Source: an uncultured Nitrospirales bacterium
GTDB taxonomy: Bacteria > Hydrogenedentota > Hydrogenedentia > Hydrogenedentales > GCA-2746185
Direction of reading: 5' to 3'
NCBI GenBank assembly: GCA_964620045.1
Contig: CAZUJL010000001.1
Span: forward strand, 522,592-586,591
Length of the DNA stretch: 64,000 nt
Positions 8,632-18,583 of the stretch are shown here, piece after piece. Each line of letters starts with the position of its first letter. Position 1 is the first letter of the stretch. The notes under the pieces were generated by a model. That model was not told where the DNA came from. It was given only the letters and a program-made list of their open reading frames with translations, and did no database searches. A program made the position numbers and the translations under genes.

Positions 8632-10534
8632 GCGCCAGATAACCTAGCGCTTCCAACTGCTGGCGCTGTTCAACGGTGAGACCGGCATCCGACGTATCCG
8701 TCGGCGGCGCGTGCGGCCATTCTTCGATGCGCTTGAAGTTCATGCGGCGCAGCGTCGGCGCTTCGAACCGCGCCTTGGTGCCTGGCGCGAGCGTGATGAC
8801 CAGCCGCGCCGTGTCCTTCAGCGGCACGATGGTGGCGGCAAGCGATTGATCCGCGCCGGGTTTCGCGCAGACGTGCTCCCAAATATCCAGCGCGCGGCCC
8901 GTGCCCGGCCAGCGATACTCGGCGGGCGCCAGCGACATATAAATCCGGCCGGTTTCGAGTGTGTATTTCATTTCCAGAAACAACGGCTCGTAGGGCGTGA
9001 GGCCCTCGGCCGTGTACGCCAGTTCCGAAACCGGTATCTCCACCTGCCAGCCGCCGTCGCCGGTCTGCGCAAGGGTTGAGGACGCGCTATCGGAAGTGGC
9101 GGATTTCAATACATTATCGCCGAGCAACGCGCGCTCATCACCGCCGCGAATATTTTCCGGCGTGTACTCTGCCCAGCGTGGATTGAACGCGCGCAGCCGC
9201 GCATTGAGATCATCGGCAATCGCGGTTTGCGTCCCGAGCAGATCCGTAAGGCCTTTGGTGTCCTCGCGATACTTGTACAGATTCTCTTCGTATGGCCACG
9301 CGTGCCACGGCTGGTGCTGGCTGCGATTGCCGACGAGCATGTACCAGTAGTCGCCGGAAATCAGCGCGGCATTGGCGCCATTCTGCAGCGCGCTCTCGGA
9401 GTACACGTCGTGTGGCGTCACCGCGCCGCCCGCGATCGCGGACATCAGGCTTGTGCCGCGCAGGCCTTCCGGCGGGGCGATTTCGAAGAGGTCCATAAAC
9501 GTCGGATAAAGGTCCATCAGGCTCACCGGCTCGCCGTGGTGCGCGGGCTTCAGGCCGGCGTAGTTCACAATCAGCGGCACATGGATTTCCGTCGGGCGCA
9601 GCGCGGCGAAGTGGCCCCACCATTGGTGTTCAAACATTGCTTCGCCGTGATCGGCGCTGATGATGAGCAGGTCCCGGCGCGGGTCCCAGTCGAGCGCCTT
9701 CAACAATTCCGGCAGTTGCGTGTCCGTGTATCGAATCGCGCCGTCGTAAAGTCCCGTCAAGAACTCGATGTCCGCCGGGCCGAGGTTGTGCAACTGGCTC
9801 CAGAAGGGATACAGGCTGCGCGCGTGCAGGCGGCGCGTTTCGATGTACGCGTCGCCCTCGACGACGGCGCTGCCTTCGTAGGGCTTCGTGAACATTGTGC
9901 CGTAGGGGTACGGCGGGCGATACGGGTTGTGCACGTCCATCGTGTGAATATAAATAAATTCGCGCTGCTTGGGTTCCCGTTTGTAGTTCGCGCGCAGGTC
10001 GGCGGTGACCTCGTCGATGCTCGCAAGAATTTTTCCCGGCGTCGAGATGATGCGGAAGTCCGAGAAGCCCTGTGCATAGCCGCGGTCGTGCCGCAGCGCG
10101 TAGTTGGCCGAATAGCCGCGGCACACCACGCCCGCGCCGCTGAGCGCCTCCGCGAGCGTAACGATGTCGTCTGGAATGATGTTGACGTTGGGATTGCCGC
10201 CGAGTTGTGTAAAGGGGCGTCCGGTGAAATAACCCGCCACAGAGTGCAGCGTCGCGTGAGACGGCGAGATCGCCCAGTCGAAGGTCGCGGACTGTTGTAC
10301 GAGGTTGTCCATCCAGGGCGAGGTGTCGCGTTCGTAGCCCCAGGCGCCCATGTGATCCGCGCGAAGGGAATCCACGGCGATCCAGATCACGCGCTTGGGC
10401 GGGCCGCCGCGCAGGTGGGTGGCCGAATCCCGCGAGCAGGTGGAGGCCAGCGCGGCGACGGCCAGCAGCGCGGCAATGCGTGCAAGACCACGGAGGCGAT
10501 GGCCGAAGGACGCGCGCAACTTCATTTCCTCCAC
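8564..10534 (-). CDS. Secreted sulfatase-family (alkaline-phosphatase superfamily) hydrolase/transferase, non-canonical active site
   Basis: Signal peptide, then IWIAVDSLRADHMGAWGYERDTSPWMDNL. The position of the C/S-x-P-x-R formylglycine motif reads AISPSHATLHSVAGYFTG, so the motif is absent. Pro/Ala-rich C-terminal tail. The 3' end overlaps the convergent SGNH gene by ~68 nt. Confidence 0.65.
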   Translation of the reverse strand: MEEMKLRASFGHRLRGLARIAALLAVAALASTCSRDSATHLRGGPPKRVIWIAVDSLRADHMGAWGYERDTSPWMDNLVQQSATFDWAISPSHATLHSVAGYFTGRPFTQLGGNPNVNIIPDDIVTLAEALSGAGVVCRGYSANYALRHDRGYAQGFSDFRIISTPGKILASIDEVTADLRANYKREPKQREFIYIHTMDVHNPYRPPYPYGTMFTKPYEGSAVVEGDAYIETRRLHARSLYPFWSQLHNLGPADIEFLTGLYDGAIRYTDTQLPELLKALDWDPRRDLLIISADHGEAMFEHQWWGHFAALRPTEIHVPLIVNYAGLKPAHHGEPVSLMDLYPTFMDLFEIAPPEGLRGTSLMSAIAGGAVTPHDVYSESALQNGANAALISGDYWYMLVGNRSQHQPWHAWPYEENLYKYREDTKGLTDLLGTQTAIADDLNARLRAFNPRWAEYTPENIRGGDERALLGDNVLKSATSDSASSTLAQTGDGGWQVEIPVSELAYTAEGLTPYEPLFLEMKYTLETGRIYMSLAPAEYRWPGTGRALDIWEHVCAKPGADQSLAATIVPLKDTARLVITLAPGTKARFEAPTLRRMNFKRIEEWPHAPPTDTSDAGLTVEQRQQLEALGYLAPTAPAIPAAPPATAPPTGTPQH

Positions 10535-10603
10535 GGGATCGCTCTATAGTTCCGGAAACACAGCCTAGCAAACGATCCACGGCGATTTCCGCCGGAGCAC
10601 CCG

Positions 10604-11983
10604 GTGCCAAGAATGAGTCCACGCATAGCCAAGCCCGTCCGCGCCGTGAGCACGTTGCTGGCTGTGGTGTTTTTCGTGGCGGCGTTCGTGCGCGGCGTGC
10701 CTGCCGTGCCGGCGGCGATTGGGGCCGTCCTGTTTGCCGCTGTCGCGGTGGTCGCGCACCGCAGCGCGCCGCGGACGCAGGGCGGCACGAAGCGTGCGTT
10801 CGGCCTTCTCGCGTTGGCGGCGATTTCGACGATCATCGCGCTGGTCATTCTCGAGATCGGCGCACGCGTGCTTATTCGCCGGCCCTTGCCCTCCCCCCAC
10901 CGCTCCATCCTGTGGGAGCACCATCCGCGCAGCTACTGGGCGCCCGCGCACAGCGTGCACGACAACGGCGTCGATCGAAAAAGTCCGACGGAATGGAACG
11001 TGTTCCACGTCGACCTCTCGTCGCAAGGCATGCGCGGCCCGGAGGTCGGCGTGAAGCAGCCGGGCGAGCTGCGCGTGCTGCTCGCGGGCGACTCGTTCAC
11101 CTTCGGCTGGGGCATGCCGGAAGGCAAGGACCCGGCCGCGCAACTGCGCGCGAAGCTTACGGAGAAAATGGGCGGGCGGCCCGTGAGCGTGCTGAACACG
11201 GGCACGATCGGTTTTGGACCCTGGCAGGAACAAATTTTAATGGAAGAACGCGGCCTGCCGCTCGATCCGGATGTTGTGATCCTGCAACTGTATCCGCCGA
11301 ACGATCTCGGCAATACGCTGGCGAAATTCGGCCGTGTGTTGCCGGCGTACTACCCGCGCGTCGAGGAGTTCCTTGCGTACTGGCGCGATTACGACCACTG
11401 GGCCGTGCGCACGGAGACCTGGCTGCGCGTGCACAGCCAGGCGTATCAGGCGTATCGGATCATTTGGCGCGACACCAGCGTCAGCCTGCCGGATATCCTC
11501 GGGCATCTGAAATTCGTCACGCCATATCCGGGACTGAACCTGCCGCCGCCGGCGAACCGCCCGCCGATCATCGAGTCAACGCTGACGGAGTGGTATCCCG
11601 ATCTCGATTTCGCGTGGGGCGAATTCACCGCGGATGTCCTGCAAATCGTCGAAGTGTGCCGCGTGAAAAACATTCCGATCATCTTGTACGCCGTGCCTTT
11701 CCGATTGATTTCGGAGAAAGGCTGGAACGACTACATGCGCGAAGTGGAGGCGCAGACCGGCGGCAGCGTGCACTACGAGCAGTTCAAGGACGTGCGCAAG
11801 ACCGAGGCGTTTTTTGCCGAGAACAACCTGAACTGGATCCCGCTGCTGGATGCGCTGCGCGCGCAGGTCGATCCCGATGCGCTGTTTCTGCCGTGGGACG
11901 GCCACTTCAACGAACCCGGCGGCGCGCTGATGACCGACCTGATCGTCGAACGCCTCGAAAAAGACGGCCTGCTGAAGCCGTAA
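10604..11983 (+). CDS. Membrane-anchored SGNH/GDSL hydrolase, paralog of 6973..8631
   Basis: TM N-terminus. LRVLLAGDSFTFGW (block I). WDGHFNEPGG (block V). Several blocks are collinear with the first copy (SSQGMRGPEVGVKQPGELRVL vs SSQGLRGDEVPPKQPGEFRVL). Confidence 0.7.
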   Translation: MPRMSPRIAKPVRAVSTLLAVVFFVAAFVRGVPAVPAAIGAVLFAAVAVVAHRSAPRTQGGTKRAFGLLALAAISTIIALVILEIGARVLIRRPLPSPHRSILWEHHPRSYWAPAHSVHDNGVDRKSPTEWNVFHVDLSSQGMRGPEVGVKQPGELRVLLAGDSFTFGWGMPEGKDPAAQLRAKLTEKMGGRPVSVLNTGTIGFGPWQEQILMEERGLPLDPDVVILQLYPPNDLGNTLAKFGRVLPAYYPRVEEFLAYWRDYDHWAVRTETWLRVHSQAYQAYRIIWRDTSVSLPDILGHLKFVTPYPGLNLPPPANRPPIIESTLTEWYPDLDFAWGEFTADVLQIVEVCRVKNIPIILYAVPFRLISEKGWNDYMREVEAQTGGSVHYEQFKDVRKTEAFFAENNLNWIPLLDALRAQVDPDALFLPWDGHFNEPGGALMTDLIVERLEKDGLLKP

Positions 11984-11990
11984 AAACGAA

Positions 11991-12011
11991 GGGCGGCCAC
12001 TGGGGCCGCCC
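11991..12011 (-). terminator. Hairpin terminator between convergent genes, mainly serving pepF
   Basis: gggcggccac-tg-gggccgccc, with a U-run on the minus strand (rc of taaaaacgaa). Confidence 0.4.
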
Positions 12012-12034
12012 CTACGAATCGATTTGGATCGATC

Positions 12035-13843
12035 TTAGTCCAGCAACTCTTCCAGCTCGTCCACGAGTTCGGAAAAGCGTTGCATGGCCGCCTGCACGGG
12101 GGCCGGCTTCCCGAGATCGACACCGGCATCGCGCAGCAGATCGAGCGGATACTTTGAGCAGCCGCCTTTCAGGAAGTTCAGGTAGCGGTCGCGCTCGGCG
12201 TTGCCGCCGTTCAGCACCATGCGGCTGAGCGCAATCGCCGCGCTGAGGCCGGTGGCGTATTTGTACACATAAAACGCGCGGTAGAAATGCGGAATGCGCA
12301 TGCCTTCCAGCTCGAGCGCTTCGTCGACGACGAACCCCGGGCCGAAGTAGAACTCCAGCAGCGCACGGTACTCGTTGCGCAGGCGCTCGACCGTGAGCGG
12401 CTCGCCGCGCTCGGCGATCTCGTGGATGATCTTTTCGTACTCGGCGAACATCGTCTGGCGGACGATGGTCCCGCGGATTTCGTCGATCTCGCGACAGACG
12501 AGCTGCGCCTTGCGCTTCGTGTCCTTCGCGCGCGCGAGCAAGTGCTGGCCCAGCAACTGTTCGTTGAAGGTGGACGCCACCTCGGCGACGAAAATCGTGT
12601 AGTTGTAGTACTGGAACGGCTGGTTCCGCGCGCTATAGTAGGTGTGCATCGAGTGGCCGGCCTCGTGCGCGAGCGTGAACATGCTGTCGAGCATCTCGGC
12701 CTTGTAGTTCATCAGAATGTAGGGCGGACCAAAAAAGCCGCCGCCCGAAAACGCGCCCGAGCGCTTGCCGCGGTTCTCGTAGCGATCGACCCAGCGGTCG
12801 CGCACGAGCCCTTCGTGCAGTGTCTTCGCGTAGTCGTTGCCCAGCGGTTCCACGGCGTCGCACACCTGCTTCGCCGCGTCCACATAGGCGATGTGCGACT
12901 TCGGCAGATCGACCAGCCCGCAGTACGTGTCGTAGTGATGAACGTCCTTCAGCTTCAGCGCTTTTTTGCGCAAGGCCATGTAGCGGTAGACCGTCTTGAT
13001 GTTCCCGCGCACGGCCTCGATCAGGCTGGTGTACACATTCGTGGGTACGTTGTCCGGGAACAACGCGGCCTCGAGCGCGCTGGGGTAATTTCGCGCGCGG
13101 GCGTGGTACACGTCCTGCAGCACGCTGGAGCTGAGCGATGCGGCGAGCGCGTTCTTGTGATCCTCGAACACGGTGTAAAACTTTTCGAAGGATTCCTGTC
13201 GCACGGAACGCTTGCGCGATTCGAGGAACACGCGGAAGGAGCCCTGGCTGAGTTCCACCTGCGTGCCGGTCTCGTCCTTCACCGTGCCGAATTTAAAATC
13301 CGCATCGGTAAGCTGCGAGAAAATCCGGCCGGCCGATCCCGCCACCTGGCCCTGCATCGCGAGGAGGCGCTCCTCCGCGAGACTCAGCACGTGTGGCTTG
13401 TATCGCGTGAGGCGTTCAAGCGACAGGCGATACGGCTTCAGCTCCGGCGCCTTCAGGTATGCGTCCAGCTTTTTCTTCGGTAGCGCCTGCAGTTCCGGCG
13501 CGATGTAGCTGGCCAGCTCCGCGGCGCGGGTCGACAGGAACGTGTATTCCTGCACCATGCCGGAGTAGGCGCTGTTGGCGATGTCTTCGGACTGCTTGAG
13601 GAAAGCATACGAGCCGACACGTTCGGAGAGCTGCTCGTACGTGACGTCGAAATCGAAGCACGCGCGCACGATCTTGGCCGAATCGCCGAGCTTGCCTTTG
13701 AACTTTTCGTAACCCGAAACTTCCTTTTCGAGCTTTTTGAACGCCGCGCGCCAGGCGGCGTCGTCCTTGAACAGCACGCTCAGGTCCCAAGTATCGGCAG
13801 CTTTCACTTTGCTGCGCGGCGGTAGTGTCTTCACGGCGGCCAT
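12035..13843 (-). CDS. pepF: Oligoendopeptidase F (M3B metallopeptidase)
   Basis: HEAGHSMH zinc motif; 602 aa PepF-like architecture. Confidence 0.85.
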   Translation of the reverse strand: MAAVKTLPPRSKVKAADTWDLSVLFKDDAAWRAAFKKLEKEVSGYEKFKGKLGDSAKIVRACFDFDVTYEQLSERVGSYAFLKQSEDIANSAYSGMVQEYTFLSTRAAELASYIAPELQALPKKKLDAYLKAPELKPYRLSLERLTRYKPHVLSLAEERLLAMQGQVAGSAGRIFSQLTDADFKFGTVKDETGTQVELSQGSFRVFLESRKRSVRQESFEKFYTVFEDHKNALAASLSSSVLQDVYHARARNYPSALEAALFPDNVPTNVYTSLIEAVRGNIKTVYRYMALRKKALKLKDVHHYDTYCGLVDLPKSHIAYVDAAKQVCDAVEPLGNDYAKTLHEGLVRDRWVDRYENRGKRSGAFSGGGFFGPPYILMNYKAEMLDSMFTLAHEAGHSMHTYYSARNQPFQYYNYTIFVAEVASTFNEQLLGQHLLARAKDTKRKAQLVCREIDEIRGTIVRQTMFAEYEKIIHEIAERGEPLTVERLRNEYRALLEFYFGPGFVVDEALELEGMRIPHFYRAFYVYKYATGLSAAIALSRMVLNGGNAERDRYLNFLKGGCSKYPLDLLRDAGVDLGKPAPVQAAMQRFSELVDELEELLD

Positions 13844-13975
13844 ACGATTGCGCTCCCCTCGTGCGGTTCAAAACAGGCGCAAAGTATACGTCGCAGGGCG
13901 TGGCCCGACAAAGCACGCATGCTTATTGGCCGCGATCTATTTTCGTTATACTGCCCGAATTCGTTTTGAGCCGGG

Positions 13976-15754
<1,779 letters not shown>

Positions 15755-15826
15755 CGCGTGGAACCCTTACAGAGTTTTGGTTTATAACCACAGCAACCAA
15801 ATCGCGGACTATAGGAGAAGAAAATC

Positions 15827-16396
15827 ATGAAGAAGCAATGGGTACGTTGGGGAATGGCAGCGGCGGCGGTGTGTGCGGTCGCGCTGGGCACCGTGCAAGT
15901 CGGTCTTGCCCAAGGCGGCAAGCGGCGCATCGATGCCAGCCCGGGCGCGTCGGTGTCGCAGCGCATCGGCCTGTCCGAAGTGAAAGTCACCTACGCGCGG
16001 CCGGGCGTGAAGGGCCGCGAAATCTGGAATACGCAGATCGTTCCGTACGGCGGCACGCCGACACCGTGGCGCGCGGGCGCAAATGAAAACACAATCTTCG
16101 AATGCGACGCGAACGTGAAGATTGAAGGCAAGGACCTGCCTGCGGGGAAGTATGGTTTCCACATCATCCCGACCGACAAGACCTGGACGCTGATTTTCAG
16201 CAAGGACAATGCGGGCTGGGGCAGCTTCCGCTATAAGCCGGAAAACGATGCGTTGCGCATTGACGTGACCCCCGGCGAAAGCCCGATGACCGAGTGGCTG
16301 ACCTACAGCTTCGACGACCTGACCGGCACCTCGGCCGTGTGCTCCCTTGCGTGGGAAAAGAAAAAGATTTCCTTCAAGGTCGAACTCGCGCAGTAA
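15827..16396 (+). CDS. Secreted protein, DUF2911-like
   Basis: Signal peptide; 189 aa. The WRAGANENT ... GFHIIPTDKTWTLIFSK pattern resembles DUF2911. AGGAG RBS. Confidence 0.45.
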   Translation: MKKQWVRWGMAAAAVCAVALGTVQVGLAQGGKRRIDASPGASVSQRIGLSEVKVTYARPGVKGREIWNTQIVPYGGTPTPWRAGANENTIFECDANVKIEGKDLPAGKYGFHIIPTDKTWTLIFSKDNAGWGSFRYKPENDALRIDVTPGESPMTEWLTYSFDDLTGTSAVCSLAWEKKKISFKVELAQ

Positions 16397-16414
16397 AACA
16401 TCAATATTTTTCAT

Positions 16415-16451
16415 GCCCGGCCCCGGTTCGCACCGGGGCCGGTTTCTTTTT
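16415..16451 (+). terminator. Rho-independent terminator
   Basis: gcccggccccggttcgcaccggggccgg followed by tttctttttg. Confidence 0.65.
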
Positions 16452-16576
16452 GTGCCGTCGATCCACCCCGGCCGGATTGGGTATAATTAGCCTGCGCACA
16501 CGGCCATATCGGCGCTGCCGCTGCGCCCCGCTTAGGGCTTCTTCAAGCAGCCAATCAAGGAAAGGATGCGACGCAC

Positions 16577-17605
16577 ATGCCCGTCGTGAATTTCGAGAAA
16601 TACTGTGAAATGCTGGATCGCGCAACCAAGGGAAAGTTCGCTTACCCCGCGATCAACGCTTCCAACATGGAAACGATCAACGCGGCGCTGGAAGGCTTCG
16701 CGGCGGCCAAGAGCGACGGCATCATCCAGATGTCCACGGGCGCGGGCGAGTTTGCCTCCGGCAGCGCGAAGAAAATGGCCGTTGGCGCGATTTCGCTGGC
16801 CGAGCACGCCCACCGCGTCGCCGGGTTGTACGACATCAACATCGCCCTGCACACGGACCACTGCGTGCCGGAGAAGGTCGAGACCTTCATGATTCCGCTT
16901 ATCGAAGAAACCGAGCGGCGCATCAAGGAAGGCAAGGGACCGCTGTACAACAGCCACATGTTCGACGGCAGCGAGCTTCCGCTGGACAAGAACATGGAGA
17001 CCGCCGTGGCGCTGATGAAGCGCATGCAGAAAAATAACCAGATGCTCGAAATCGAAGCCGGCGTCGTCGGCGGCGAGGAAGACGGCATCGACAATACCGG
17101 CGCGCCGAAAGAAAAATTGTACACGACCCCGGAGGACATGGTGGCGGTGTACGAAGCGATGTCCAAGGTGCCGGGCGCGAAATACATGTTCGCGGCGACC
17201 TTCGGCAACGTGCACGGCGTGTACAAGCCGGGCAACGTGAAGCTGAAGCCGGAAATCCTCAAGAACGGCCAGGCGGCTGTTACGAAGAAATACGGCGCGA
17301 ACGCCGCGTTCTGGCTCGTGTTCCACGGCGGTTCGGGCTCGACGCAGGAAGAGATTCACGAGACGCTGAACTACGGCGTCATCAAGATGAACGTCGACAC
17401 CGACTGCCAGTACGCCTTCACGCGGCCGATCGCGGACCACATGATGAAGAACTACGACGGCGTGCTGAAGATCGACGGCGAAGTGGGCAGCAAGAAAGCC
17501 TACGACCCGCGCGCCTACCTGAAGGCGGGCCGCTCGAGTATGGCCGCGCGCGTGAAGCAGGCGTGCATCGATCTGAAGTCCGACGGGAAGACCATGGGCC
17601 GCTAA
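16577..17605 (+). CDS. fba: Fructose-bisphosphate aldolase, class II
   Basis: N-terminus MPVVNFEKYCEMLDRATKGKFAYPAINASNMET; 342 aa. A TATAAT box lies upstream at ~16484. Confidence 0.9.
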   Translation: MPVVNFEKYCEMLDRATKGKFAYPAINASNMETINAALEGFAAAKSDGIIQMSTGAGEFASGSAKKMAVGAISLAEHAHRVAGLYDINIALHTDHCVPEKVETFMIPLIEETERRIKEGKGPLYNSHMFDGSELPLDKNMETAVALMKRMQKNNQMLEIEAGVVGGEEDGIDNTGAPKEKLYTTPEDMVAVYEAMSKVPGAKYMFAATFGNVHGVYKPGNVKLKPEILKNGQAAVTKKYGANAAFWLVFHGGSGSTQEEIHETLNYGVIKMNVDTDCQYAFTRPIADHMMKNYDGVLKIDGEVGSKKAYDPRAYLKAGRSSMAARVKQACIDLKSDGKTMGR

Positions 17606-17627
17606 GGCGCCCCGGAGTGCGTGCACG

Positions 17628-18548
17628 ATGAAGATATTGCTGGCCAAGCCGCGCGGGTTTTGCGCGGGCGTTGAACGGGCGATCGTCTGCGTGGAGCAGG
17701 CGCTCGAACGCTACGGCGCGCCGGTCTATGTGCTGAACGACATCGTGCACAACAAGGCGGTGGTGGACGACCTGAAAAGCAAGGGCGCCATCTTCGTCAA
17801 AAATCTCGACGACGTACCCGCCGGCGCGCACCTGCTGTTCAGTGCGCACGGCGTGGGCCCGGAGCGCTGGGCGCATGCCGAGCGCCTGAAGCTTGAAGTG
17901 ATCGACGCGACGTGTCCGCTCGTGGAGAAGGTGCACTACGAAGCGCGGCGCTTCGCGTCGAAGGATTTCACCATCGTCCTCGTCGGCGAAGAAGGCCACG
18001 ACGAAACCGTCGGCACGATGGGCTGGGCGCCGGAACACATCCGCCGTATCATGACCGTCGCCGAGGCCGAGGCGCTGCAGGTGCCCGACGAGAACAAAGT
18101 CGCCTTCATTACGCAGACCACGCTGAGCGTGGAAGACTGCGACGTCGTGGTGGCCGCGCTGCGCAAACGCTTCCCGAATATCCAGGGCCCGCCGAAGGCC
18201 GACATTTGCTATGCGACCTCGAACCGGCAGGCGGCCGTGCGCGCGCTCGTGCCGGATGTCGATCTCGTGCTGGTGGTGGGCGATCGCGAGAGCGCGAACA
18301 GCACGCGCCTGGCGGAGATTTCCGCGGAATATGGCAAGCCGAGCTTCCTCATCAGCAATGCCGCCTCGATCCGCGACGAGTGGATGCGCGGCGTGAATAC
18401 CGTGCTGGTGACTTCCGGTGCGTCGGTGCCGGAGCGGCTAGTAAAAGAAGTCCTCACGCATCTTGGACGTTTCGGCGCGACCGAAGTGCAGGAATGCGAG
18501 CTCGTTCAGGAAGACGTGCACTTCCGCCTGCCGGCGACCATCGCCTGA
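17628..18548 (+). CDS. ispH: 4-hydroxy-3-methylbut-2-enyl diphosphate reductase (IspH/LytB)
   Basis: MKILLAKPRGFCAGVERAI; three conserved Cys regions; 306 aa. Confidence 0.9.
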   Translation: MKILLAKPRGFCAGVERAIVCVEQALERYGAPVYVLNDIVHNKAVVDDLKSKGAIFVKNLDDVPAGAHLLFSAHGVGPERWAHAERLKLEVIDATCPLVEKVHYEARRFASKDFTIVLVGEEGHDETVGTMGWAPEHIRRIMTVAEAEALQVPDENKVAFITQTTLSVEDCDVVVAALRKRFPNIQGPPKADICYATSNRQAAVRALVPDVDLVLVVGDRESANSTRLAEISAEYGKPSFLISNAASIRDEWMRGVNTVLVTSGASVPERLVKEVLTHLGRFGATEVQECELVQEDVHFRLPATIA

Positions 18549-18583
18549 ATTCCCCGGCGACGTTCCTATGCTAGACTCGGTGC

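Noticed and set aside
8564-10534. Calling the sulfatase-fold protein an arylsulfatase
   Set aside because: The formylglycine signature C/S-x-P-x-R is absent (AISPSH at the expected position), so sulfate-ester hydrolysis is not supported.
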